A stretch of 64,000 bases of DNA. It comes from Octopus vulgaris (lineage: Eukaryota). How positions within the stretch are numbered: position 1 is the stretch's first letter; each line of letters opens with the position of its first letter. Both the position numbers and the translations under genes were made by a program. The DNA is taken from assembly GCA_951406725.2 (NCBI GenBank), contig OX597814.1:123690001-123754000 (forward strand), read 5' to 3'. This document shows, piece by piece, positions 35,993 to 48,382 of this stretch. Below the pieces are notes generated by a model, which searched no databases, was not told where the DNA came from, and worked only from the letters and a program-made list of their open reading frames with translations.

Positions 35993-36399
35993 TCACACAC
36001 ACGCACGTTAGCTTACAATTTTATTTATATATTTGCGTGTCTATGTGTGTAAAGAGGAAGTGGGAGGCAGAGTGAAAGAATCACTCACTACAGAAAGTGA
36101 ATTACTTTCCTGTCAACACACAGTGAATTAGTTTCAGTTTATTCGTTGCACACTGTGTGTGTGCGTTTGCGTGTGCTGTAACCCAAACTAAGAAAAAGCA
36201 TTTGACATATACACCAGAATGTGAGTTTTCTCTAAATTTTGCTTAATTGGGGTTGAAATTTTAAAAACCGGACCTGGCAAAACCCGATGCATTCTACTCT
36301 TAAAAATGCTAGGTAAATTGTAATTGAAGAAATCCTATATTGTAGATTTCTATAACTGACAAAGGGAGGCAGATAAAATCTGCCTTTTATAATAAGAGA
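34669..36399 (-). mobile_element. Non-autonomous Helitron carrying a PIF1-like helicase fragment (34728-35270)
   Basis: ORF with NMRAH, LLALGEG, AILAPRN, SID, LNS..PGLPPH.LKLKVGAPIMLIRNL..CNGTRL (RepHel helicase C-terminal part); 5' terminus A|TCTCTTATTATAAAA; half of the terminal hairpin CCCGAGCAACG at 34679-34669. Confidence 0.85.
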
Positions 36400-37224
36400 T
36401 TTGTACAAGAACATCAATGTGTTGAGTACAACCTGGTGTTGTGAGTATGAAATATATGATATATGTTTATATGTGATATGCACACATACATGATGATGAC
36501 TGTCCATTTGTGACCGAGGAAAGCTATCACTAACCATTGCCCATGCAAAATGCCAGCAACGCCCATGCATGAGGTTATTGTACCCACAGTTGGCTTTACC
36601 TGGGATCACATGGCTCCCTCCAGCTTGGCAGGGCATTGAAAAATCACCTCATTGGCAATTGCACAACTTAAAATTTTAGGTCCAATAAGGCTTGCACAAT
36701 GCCTTGATATCCAGTGTCAGTATAGATTTCAGGCTCAGGAATATGGGAGCACCATGGTCTCAGGTGCAAGCAAAAGATCTCCAAAATGTCCAATACCATT
36801 CCCTGCATATCTGGTCTTCTTCCAGAGACATGCTTTAATAAAAGACTTACTTCCAGTGGTCATCCAGCATGTTGGACACCAGCCTGGAATTTCTGACAGC
36901 CCATGCTAACATACTACACACATGTATGTATATCCCCCATCATCATCATTATCATCATCACCACCATCACATTTAATGCCTATCTTCCATGGTAGTTGAG
37001 GTTATATATATATTTATTATGGAGATGTACTTGCATAGTAAGTGACCTGATCTGAGATTGTGTGCTGGAATGAAAACAATTGCAGCGTAGAAGGTGTTTA
37101 TAAGCCATTTAAGAAACACACAAAAACCGTTAGATTCACTTCAACATTTAAATTTAATTTGTCAAAATATTTTTGTTGCTTTGAGACCACGACCTGTTCA
37201 CGCTTTGAGGCCGTGCTGCATCTG

Positions 37225-37266
<42 letters not shown>

Positions 37267-38403
37267 ATTTACACTCACACTCACATAAGGAAAAGATTAA
37301 CAGTAACTTTAAAGTTTCAGCTCAGTTGCTTTCATTAGACTGACAAAGGCTACTGAGCCAAAATTTTGAAGTCACTCAACTTTTTTCTTGTTCAGGTAAT
37401 ACTTGACTATTACCTGTATACGTATACATAAAAATGAACAATTATATGTGCACATGTGCACATCTATCCCTCTATGCATTTATGTGTGCGTGTGTGTGTG
37501 CGTGCATATATATATATATATATATGTATGTATCTATGTATGTCATTATTGAGTTTATTTTAAGATTTCTTGCCAATAGAGAAAGAGCTGGTTTCTAACC
37601 TAGATCCCAGTTCCTTCATTGGAATTTCAACATCAGCAACAGGGTATTGTTTGTTTGTTTGTTTGTATGTGTGTGTGTGTGCATGCGTGCGTGCAGATTT
37701 GTATGCTCATATATGTTTAAATGATAAACTTCTGGAAAATTTTACAGTTCCAGTAATGGATTGGATCTGTAGTCTTTGAATTAGCTTTCTCCTTTCTGGT
37801 TTTGAGAAACCTAATTTTGCCTCTCTGTGTGTGTGTGGGTGTTGAGAGGGTTCAGGAAAGGACCTATATGTATGTATATATATATATATATATAATAAAG
37901 AGATGATAAAGGAATAAATGATTATCTTATAAACTTCATTAGCTTACAGGCAGTTTCTGCTAAAAGACGTAGAGGACTCATCGCTAAGTACCTTATAACT
38001 TCATCAGAGCCTCAAGCACAAAGACCAATTTATTTGGGAAAACAATTACATTTAAGCATATATAGAAGAAAACTATAAAGTGTGACTCAGGCACTCAAAA
38101 CTATGAGTCCACTGCCTCTTATACCAAGAGCAGCTGTTTGCAAATGAAGTCCATAAGATAACGGTGTTAACCTTTGTAATCTCATTTTCTTTTGTGACTC
38201 TGTACTTGATTAACACTTCTTTCAGAAGCATATGTATATTGTGTTCTACACCAGGTTATTAAGATCACACTGCCTCTCCAGATTATCCACCTCTTCCTCC
38301 TTTTCCTCCTCTCTGGACTTTTTCCTCTTTCTGACAAAGATCCATGCTTGAAATGTCATTTCTACTCCTATTTTTCCAGTCTAAAACTTTCACTGAGCAT
38401 TAA

Positions 38404-38911
38404 TCTCTATATCTATAAATGGAAAAATGTCTGTGTATCTGTGTGTCTGTGTGTTCTTTATACAAATCCACAGTTTTTCATGTAAAAGGCTCGCATTTTC
38501 TATGGGCTTTCAAAACTGTCTGAGGGTGGTCGTGAAGATCTTTTCATTTCCCCAGTCACACCAGAAAGCCATTAAAAAAATCGATAAACTGACCCCTTAT
38601 GCCTATAAGTTATTTTGCGGCCAAATTCGAATTTTTCGCTTTCTTCTGCCTCCTTTTTTGTCTGACTAATGGCACGTGCACAGTCCCGCTAATTTTCCAT
38701 GATTATGCCGTTCCAGGTGTGAAAACCAAAGTCCAATGAATATTAATTACTCTCATAAAAAGCTCCAACTAGCTCATAAACAACAAAACTGGCCCAGGCT
38801 GAAATGTGATAAGAAACTTAGCTCTTAATTTAGTGAGAAATTTTTACTGCGACCCAGCAACGAACAACAAGCACTAACACTAGACCCGGCAACGCTGGGT
38901 CACAGTGCTAG
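38404..38911 (+). mobile_element. Short non-autonomous Helitron
   Basis: A|TCTCTATATCTATAAA 5' end, GTCTGT repeats, 3' hairpin GACCCGGCAACGCTGGGTC (38883-38901) and CTAG|T terminus. Confidence 0.85.
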
Positions 38912-38985
38912 TCTGATATACTCATTGTATATGTCCAATTGGCTTTTGTTGTTTCTTCACTGCATTATTGTTTTTGTTCTTAGAT

Positions 38986-39032
<47 letters not shown>

Positions 39033-41900
39033 ATCAATGTTTACTCCAAACTTGTTTATTGTAAGAGATATATGGTTTGTATGGTGTAACTGTAGTAAAA
39101 TCTACAACTTCCCCACTTGCTCAGTTGTATGACCGGCCAGTACCTTGGATGAGATTTTTGAGCTGTGTAAATATAAGAGGAGGTATATGGTGGTGGTGGT
39201 GGGGGCTTTGTGAGGGTTCAAAATCTCATCTTTAACAAATCTTTAATCTTGGTTGGTTTTTATTGTTTAGCTTCTGATTGACCTTAAATATACAGAAATA
39301 TGATTGAAGGCATTCCAGTTTTACACATCACATGTTTTTCAGGGATATCTAGGACTCCTACTTCATCTGCTGTGTCAATTTCTTAAGATTAATTAATGAT
39401 TTGAAGAAGCTTTGGCTTTTTTTGTATAACAACCATGTAGAATAGGGATGGAGAAACTCTTAGTATCAGAGGTAAATTGGGAATGTGAAAGAGTCTGTGC
39501 TAGTATCTCTTTACTCTTTTACTTGTTTCAGTCATTTGACTGTAGCCATGCTGGAGCACCACCTTTAGTTGAGGAAATCGACCCCAGGACTTATTCTTTG
39601 TAAGCCTAGTACTTATTCTATTGGTCTCTTTTTGCCGAACCGCTAAGTTACATGGATGTAAACACACCAGCATCGGTTGTCAAGCGATGTTGGTGGGGAC
39701 AAACACAGACACACAAACACACACACACACATATATACATATACATATATATGATAGGTTTTCAGTTTCCGTCTACCAAATCCACTCACAAGGCTTTGGT
39801 CGGTCCGAGGCTATAGTAGAAGATACTTGCCCATGGTGCCATGCAGTGGGACTGAACCTGGAACCATGTGGTTGGTAAGCAAGCTATTTACCACACAGCC
39901 ACTCCTGCACCTATATCTGCACTGAGAAAAATAATGAATCATTATGTTTACAAATCTATTAGTATATAACTTATTTTGAGTTACTGTTTTGGCCTTAAGG
40001 CTTGGTCTTCTCTCTGCACCTGATATAGAAGTTCCTTCATTAACTAATGTGTCTTAAGCTTACATGTATTCAGGATTTTTGAGACAGGTAAACTACCTAC
40101 CTTTTCTGACTTTGTACTGTTGGTTGGTTCTTCACAGAGCTATGTTATAATTGCTGTAATATTGTGAGGTCCTTCTTTTGACCAGTGTCATGACTACACT
40201 AACATAACGAGGTTTACGTAATTAATGGTTGTCTGTAAAAAGTAAGAAATCAATAAAATCAGTCACTATGATTGGTCAAAGGTGATCCTTTTCTGATTAA
40301 TAACAATCCTTTGAGAGATGATGGTCAAATACCTTACAGTACAATAAATGTCATCAGGTGCCATTTATCTACTTGAAGACTTTAATGAAATCTCCAGAGG
40401 CCATTTGAAGTTTGAACAAAGAATGATGACTGTCTTATCAAAGAAATACTTCATCATAGGTTGATAATGATGTAAGAATTCTTGAGAGAGAGTATGGAAT
40501 GGAATGGGGAAGTAAACCATTATACCTTCATACCTGTTACTACCACTTCTACCACCTAAACTGAGAATGTTGGTATTATGTGTAACTTATATGTATGGAA
40601 ATGTGTATATGGTGTATGAATATAACAATAAACTGTATTGAAAGAAACCAGGAGCTTTAAAAAAAATAAAATAGGAAAAGTATTATCTACTAAAAAAATA
40701 CTAAATTATTCTTAAAACATTGGAACCTATGTAACTGAGTTCTGCAGGAAATTATTAAAGCGGTGTTTATGGAAAAAAAAAAAACAAAAACATATTTATA
40801 ATAAAAATATTCCAACACATTGTTTAAATTGTTTGTTTATTTCAAAGTTGAATGCTTTGAATAGAGAAGAATGGATTTTTACTTGTAGATTTTGTTCTAA
40901 AGAGATGATCATTGTTGATCAGGTCTCTGACCTGATCAAGTAGTCTTATGATCAAAAGAATTCCAGCTGTGACCACCCCTGGCTCATCCTACTTTTTTAT
41001 AAAGACAGCAGGATGTGATTGAGAAGAGCAAAATTTGGCTGCTATTTTTAAGAGCTTGAGGCTTCTTTATTGATGTTGATAGTTTTGGCAGTTACTTGTG
41101 AATAGTTGAGGATGGATTACTGTTGACAATTTAACTGTTTATTTTTTTCAGAAAATTGCTAGACTCTATTTTTATTCTCTATTCTGCAAGATATATTTGA
41201 GTCAGAAGTGATTCACTTTTGAATGGAGTCCAAGACTGTTCTAAACACCAAGATGAGTGGTTGGCTGGAATAAATATTTGATATTGAAGCATACACTCTT
41301 TACTCTTTTACTTGTTTTAGTCATTTGACTGTGGGGAATTTTGAAGGAGATGAACTTTATGCATACAGTGTGGAGCTGGATGCAAAAGAAGGGAAGTATA
41401 TGTGAAGGCTTTCAATGAGGGAGTACTGCTAGTAGTATATTGGGATTTTCTGGCAGTGTATCTAGGAGCACTCCGTCGGTTGTGATGACGAGGGTCCCAG
41501 CTGATACGATCAACGGAACAGCCTGCTCGTGAAATTAATGTGCAAGTGACTGAGCAATCCACAGACACGCGTACCCCTAACGTAGTTCTCAGGAAGATTC
41601 AGCATAACACAGAGTATGACAAGGCCAACTCTTTGAATACACAGGTACAACTCATTTTTGCCAGCTGAGTGGACTGGAGCAACGTGAAATAAAGTGTCTT
41701 GCAAGGACACAACGCGCCGCCAAGTATCGAACTCACAACCTTACAATCGTGAGCCGAATGCCCTAACTACTAAGCCACGTGCCTTCACATCTAGGAGTGT
41801 ATCTAGGACTACATTATTCAATGTGCCTTTTACAAGATGGTAAAGTGTCATTTGAGGGAAACTTGTTGCTACTTCTAGCTGGCAAGGAAACCATCTGGAG

Positions 41901-42529
41901 CAGTGGTTCCCAATGATTTTATAACTATGGACCCCTTTGATTCCTATTTTACTTGGATGGGACCCCATAGCCATTTGATGTTTAAGATGTCCTATTATAT
42001 TAATTTATTGAGACTGGAGCCTGGTGCAGCCTCCTGGCTTCCCAGACCCCGGTCGAACCATCCAACCCATGCTAGCATGGAAAACGGACGTTAAACGATG
42101 ATGATGATGAAGATGATGATGACTCATGAAGACCTGTTCTTCACAGCAGAAGTGTTAAAGCCATTCTTCCTGGAGAAGAGGATTGGCTTACAAGAGTCAT
42201 GTGGTAGTGCCACATAAGAAGCACTCATGCTGGTACTACATAAAAGCAACCATGTGGGTGGCACATAAAAGCACTCATGTGGTGCCCTGTCAAAAGCACC
42301 CAACAAACACTGTATAGTGGTTGGCATTAGGAAGGGCATCAAGCTGTAGAAATGAAGCCAAATCAGACTGGCTCCTGGTACAACTCTCCAGTTTGCCAAA
42401 TCTAGTGAAAACCATCCAGCTCATGCCAACATGGAAAATGGATGTTAAACGATGATGACGATGAAATTTTTGCAACGAAATCTTATGTGGATCCCCAAAG
42501 GGCATATGGATCCTCTTTGAGAACCACTG
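41901..42529. mobile_element. hAT/Charlie-like MITE with nested SINEs
   Basis: TIRs CAGTGGTTCCCAA / TTGAGAACCACTG with degenerate 8-bp flanks ATCTGGAG / ATGTAGAC. Confidence 0.65.
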
Positions 42530-43319
42530 ATGTAGACGGTCATTTGTTACCTTGACCTTGTACAATTGCAGCTATAATTGGGGTCAGTGTGTAAGTATAT
42601 ATTTCTTTACTACCCACAAGGGGCTAAACATAGAGGGGACAAACAAGGACAGACAAACGGATTAAGTCGATTACATCGACCCCCAGTGCGAAACTGGTAC
42701 TTTATTTATCGGCCCCGAAAGGATGAAAGGCAAATTCGACTTCGGTGGAATTTGAACTCAGAACGTAATGACAGACAAAATACCACTAAGCATTTCGCCT
42801 GGCGCGCTAACGCTTCAGCCAGTCCGCCGCCTTGTCAGTGTGTAAGTATAATCATGGAGAAAGCAACGGTTGATGTATGACCCACAGTATTCCCTTAGCC
42901 GGAGATCTGTGTTCTAATACTAAAAAGTAGGACAAGATGAACATCTAAAGGCATTATTTGGGTTAATTAATTTTCTGCCTTTATCTGTCATACATTGGCT
43001 GATTAGCAATGCTAATTGTTTTCTTCATGAAACAAATACAATGTTAGCAACTGTTTATTGTGAGTAATTACCATTCTTAAATACTGCTAGGTCTGCATTA
43101 CTGGGAGAGGCTTTCAGTTTGGTGCAATATTCTGTCACATGATTCAGTGTTTATAGGATGGTGTTAGTATTGGTACTGTTGTTGTTGTTGATGATAGTCA
43201 AGGCATTGGAGGATGTGGCTGTATTTCAGAAATGATGGCAAAGGTGGTAATACTTGTTATGAAGCTGCTGGAGGTGAGGGTGGAGGCACTTATAATCCTG
43301 GCATTGATGAGGATTAAGA

Positions 43320-43622
43320 CAGCTGTGGTGGTGATGATGGAAGTGGTGGTGGTGAGGTGGTGGTGATGGTGGTGGTAGCTGAAGTATGATGGTGATGGCG
43401 GTAGTGATAGTGATGATGGCATTACTAGTGGCATTGGTGGAGGTAACAACGGGTATGGTGGTTGTAGTTGTAGCAGCAATGATGGTGGTGGTTGTGGTGT
43501 AAAGTGGTTGTTGTGGTGTAAAGTGGTTGTTGTATTTATTTCAGTGGTGATTGCCACATTAATGACAGCGATATTTATAAAGACAACATTAGTGGTGGTG
43601 GTGGTGGTGGTAGTGGTGGTGG

Positions 43623-43668
<46 letters not shown>

Positions 43669-43710
43669 GGTGGTGGTGGTGGTGGTGGTGGTGATGATGG
43701 TGATGATGGT
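43320..43710. repeat. (GGT)n/(GAT)n microsatellite region
   Basis: Visible triplet tracts. Confidence 0.9.
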
Positions 43711-44644
43711 ATTTCTTTTCAGTAATTAGTGTTGTGCTAATTAGACACCATTTTTACTAAAGCAGGGCAGAGTCAGAACGCCTAACTAACTGTCTTAAAG
43801 CATTTAATTTTAGTCCTCTCAAGCCTGAGTTCAGATCCTGCTTTTGTCAACTTCACTTTTAATAATCACCCTGGGACTCAATGAAATAACCACCAGCAAT
43901 ATTCTTTTATTCTTTTATTCTTTTACTTGTTTCAGTCATTTGACTGTGGCCATGCTGGAACACTACCTTTAGTTGTACAAATCGACTCTAGGACTTATTC
44001 TTTATAATTCTAGTACTTATTCTATTCAACTCTTTTGCCGAACTGCTAAGTTATGGGGACATAAACACACCAACATCGGTTGTCAAACAGAGATACACGA
44101 ATACATACATACACACATACACACATCATCATTGTTTAACGTCCGCTTTCCATGCTAGCATGGGTTGGACGATTTTGACTGAGGGCTGGCGAACCAGATG
44201 GCTGCACCAGGCTCCAATCTTGATCTGGCAGAGTTTCTACAGCTGGATGCCCTTCCTAATGCCAACCACTCTGAGAGTGTAGTGGGTGCTTTTTATGTGC
44301 CACCAGCGTGGGCATGCCTTACATATATATATATGCGATGGGCTTCTTTCAGTTCCTGTCTACCAAATCCACTCACAAGGCTTTGATCAGCCCGAGGCTA
44401 TAGTAGAAGACACTTGCCCAAGGTGCCATGCAGTGGGACTGAACCCGGAACCATTTTGTTGGGAAGCAAGCTTCTTACTACACAGCCACTCTTGTACCTA
44501 TGAAGTTTATTAAAACATCTGTGCCTTCCAGTACAAGATAATAGACTCTGAAGCTGAATGGTTAAAAATTTTGTTTTGTAATCCTGAGATTCCATGTTGA
44601 AGCTATTGTTTGTATATGAATTCTGCCAAATGTGAGCTTTTTTT

Positions 44645-44890
44645 TCAGGTACATGATGCTGCTGTCCCCCATCTCAGGGTCTCATGGGCCCACACCTCCC
44701 ACACCCTCAGGGTTGGCACACTCAGCGTGGGCACACTGAAAGCTAGGTCTGGTGAGATTGTTGAGATGCTTGAATGGAGACATGTAGATTTGTGTTGCAT
44801 CCAAGAAGTAAGGTGGAGAGGAGGTTCCACTAGGTTTCTCACATGCAAAGAACATAGGTGCAAGATTATCTGGGCAGGGAACACTGACAC
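44645..44890 (+). mobile_element. RTE-clade LINE fragment, N-terminal AP endonuclease
   Basis: HTLRVGTLSVGTL...HVDLCCIQEVRWRG, a typical APE start. Confidence 0.8.
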
Positions 44891-45284
44891 TTAAAAGATT
44901 TTGGTGACTCCATATATAAGTAATTCAAAATGACTTTTCCCATAACTCCCAGTTTAACCCAAACCTCATGAGTGAATTTTTGGTAGGTAGAAACGGATGG
45001 AAGTGATTCAAAAGTCCGGCCCCATCACAGACTATGTTACATTGATTCTACCCAGGGGCAAAGTTATGGGTACACATGTCTGTAGAATACTTGGTCACTT
45101 ATACAAGAATATAATGAATAGGTGAATACTCATCTTTAAGGCAGGAATGTGTGGTTAAGAAGTTTGCTACCCTGCCACATGGTGTCGGGTTCTGTCCCAG
45201 CTGTGTGACACTTTCGGCTGACCATAAACCTTGTGAGTATAATTGGTTGATGGAAACTGAAAGAAATTCGTCAACATTCAATTC

Positions 45285-45648
45285 AACATCATCATCATCA
45301 CCATCATCACCATCACTATCACCACCACCACAACCACCACCACCATCATCATCATCATCAACATCACCATCATCATCATCACCATCATCATCATCACCAT
45401 CATCATCTCCATCACCACCACCACCACCACCATCATCATCATCACCCACATCATCATCACCACCACCACGACCATCATCATCATCACCATCATCACATCA
45501 TCACCATCATCATCACCATCATCATTACCATCATCACCATCATCACCACCACCACCACCACCACCACCACCACCACCACCACCACCACCACAATCATCAT
45601 CATCAACATCATCATCACCATCATCATCATCATCATCACCATCATCAC

Positions 45649-45695
<47 letters not shown>

Positions 45696-45800
45696 CCACC
45701 ACCATCACCACATCCACCACCACCACCACCACCACCACCACCACCACCACCACCACCACCACCACCACCACCACCACCACCACCACCACCACCACCAGCA
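45285..45800. repeat. Compound (CAT)n/(CAC)n microsatellite
   Basis: Visible triplet tracts; source of the poly-His/Gly/Met ORFs. Confidence 0.95.
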
Positions 45801-46375
45801 TCTGAAGGTTGAACAGTGTGACAGGATCTGATGAGCCTAAGGACGGCATCATGTTTCCGTGTTTGCTCTGGCATGGTTTCTATGGCTGGCCGTCCTTCCT
45901 AATAACCAACCACTTTACAGCATGGGTTGGGTGCTTTTTCTATTCGACCAGCACTAGTGAGATGACCATGCAGCTTGCAAGATTACGAACTCTGAGTTGG
46001 GCAATTCTATGCTATCTCTTGAAGAGTAGAGAAGGGCAAATTTTGAGAGAAAACAGATGGAATGGAACAAGATCCTTGCTGTGGAGGAGCTACGTGAATA
46101 CACGGATTTTAGAAGAAAGGCTGAGAATGATTGGGTGGAGCTAAAAAGCAATAAAAATGGCAGTGATGAGTCGTCAACGTTAACCCTCAAAGTACCAGGA
46201 GGGTAGGAATGAGTGAAACAGAGGGGCCAGGTTTGAGTGGGGGAGTAGGAAATGTCTAATAGTGTAGAACAGCAGAATAGCAATGATGTTAGAGTAAAGA
46301 GGAAGAGAACAAAAGAGGGATGCAATGCTGTTGGGTACATTGCAGATAATAATAACAACAATAATAATAATAATG

Positions 46376-46408
<33 letters not shown>

Positions 46409-46411
<3 letters not shown>

Positions 46412-48382
46412 TTCCCCTGTGATTTCAAACTTCCTGAAGCACAATATGTCGTTGTGGAATACGAATCTCCAATTATACCACTCTAATGGAGTACTTGCCT
46501 CAGAAAATATAAACATCAACTGTGGAATTTTTCAAGGTGACTCACTTTCACCTTTAATATTCTGCATAGCCCTAATACCCCTTACAAGTGAATTAAACAG
46601 AACAGGGTATGGGTATAAAATTGCCAATAAAAAAATAAGCCATCTATTTTATATGGATGACTTAAAACTTTATGGTAAAGGCAATAATGAACTTGAAGGC
46701 CTATTGCGCACCGTGAAAGCATTCAGCGATGACATCGGGATGGAGTTTGGACTTGAGAAGTGTGCCAAGGCCACTTTCCAGAAAGGGAAAGTGAAGACCA
46801 CAAATTCAGTCGTGTTAGATGTTGACACAGTCATAAGAGAGCTTGAGCAAGAACAAACATACAAATATTTAGGGATAAATGAAGGCTCTGGTATTCAGCA
46901 TGCAAGCATGAAAGAGAAAATCAGGAAGGAATGTTATAGGAGAGTTCGTGCAGTCCTGAAATCTGAACTAAATGCACGTAACAAGGTGTTAGCTATAAAT
47001 TCCTTAGCAGTTCCAGTTGTTACTTATAGCTACAATGTGTTGAACTGGAATATGAGTGAAGTAAAGAATATAGATAGAAAAATACGCAAGCTGCTGAGTT
47101 GTAATAGGATGCACCACCCAAAGGCAGACGTAGATCGCCTTTACCTTCCCAGAGCCCAAGGAGGTCGAGGCCTGATCCAATTTGAACTAGCTTACAAAAC
47201 AACCACAATTGGACTGGCCAAATATCTCGAAATATTGAATAACTGGATGCTAAAGCTCGTGGAAAATCACGAGAGACGAAAGAAGCTTCATTCTATCATA
47301 AAGGAAAGCAAAAAATTTGCTATTGATCTCGTGCAGGATACCCAAATTGAACAACCCGAGGGAAGTATGGCAACTATTGTTGCAAAGAAGGTGAAAATGA
47401 TGGCAATGAAAAAAGCGCACGAGCAATTGGCTGATAGGTGGGAGGAGAAACCTCTGCACGGCAAATATGTGACCCGCAGCAAACAAGCTGATGTTGACCA
47501 GAAGCGAACCCATCAGTGGCTACGGAGCTCAGGGCTAAAAGCAGAGAGCGAAGGTTTCATCCTGGCTGCTCAAGATCAAAGCCTATTAACCCGGAACTAC
47601 CAGGCCAATGTGATGAAAAATGGAGCAGACCCAAAATGCCGATTCTGCAACGACATGATTGAAACAGTGGACCACCTAATCTCTGGATGTAAAGTCTTAG
47701 CACCAGTGGAGTATAAATTAAGGCATGACAGAGTTGGCCAATATCTCCACTGGCTAATAAGTCGGCATTACAATATCAAAACTGCCGACAAGTGGTATAA
47801 TCACCACCCTGAGGCTGTAACTGAAGGAGAAAATGTAACCATTCTGTGGGACTTTCCAGTACATACAGACCGAACCATCAAGGCCAATAAACCAGATATT
47901 GTTGTGAAAGACCAAAACAATAAAGTTTGCTTATTGATCGACATGAGCATCCCCTGTGATCATAATATCTCAGCGAAAGAGTTTGACAAGCTCAGAAAAT
48001 ATAAAGACCTACTCATTGAAATTGAGAAAATGTGGCATCTCAAGGCGGTTACAATACCAGTGATCGTAGGAGCACTAGGAATGATCAAGAAGGGAACCGA
48101 AAATTATATGAGAATGATCCCTGGCTTACCATCCCTGCAAGAAGTGCAAAAGATTGTCTTAACTGGTACATCACACGTATTGAGAAGAGCATTGTCGATG
48201 TGAGAACTGTTGCTGCTCATGTATTTTAATTTAACTTTAAAAAAAAAAAAAAAAAAAAAAATGACCGAACTACTGAGTTTGGTTTAATGGCCTACCAAAG
48301 TATACTATGAGTTTCTTTGCCCTAGGAGTCGGGAAGACACTCGGCAAGAAATGGAAGCAAATTTGAAAGAGGAAAAAAAAAG
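46409..48382 (+). mobile_element. 5'-truncated non-LTR retrotransposon, Dong/R4-like clade (RT, CCHC finger, restriction-like endonuclease), inserted in (TAA)n
   Basis: Uninterrupted 594-aa ORF 46419-48203 with GIFQGDSLSP, LFYMDDLKLY, CRFC..ETVDHLISGC and KPDIVV..LIDMSIP..K..KY.DL; short 3' UTR; (TAA)n on both sides (46346-46408, 48383-48404). Confidence 0.92.

Noticed and set aside
39920-41300. Repeat-poor stretch with AATAAA signals, possible terminal exon
   Set aside because: No ORF or splice evidence links it to a gene; cannot be supported from sequence alone.
45099-45874. Long poly-His/Gly/Asp/Met ORFs (also about 31.1-31.6, 43.2-43.7, 49.9-51.3, 59.6-60.4 and 62.5-63.3 kb)
   Set aside because: Open only because microsatellites lack stops in several frames; no splice or homology support.
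46419-48203. Domesticated RT gene
   Set aside because: The RT is truncated at its N-terminus at the TAA junction and there is no promoter or exon structure; an ordinary 5'-truncated insertion.
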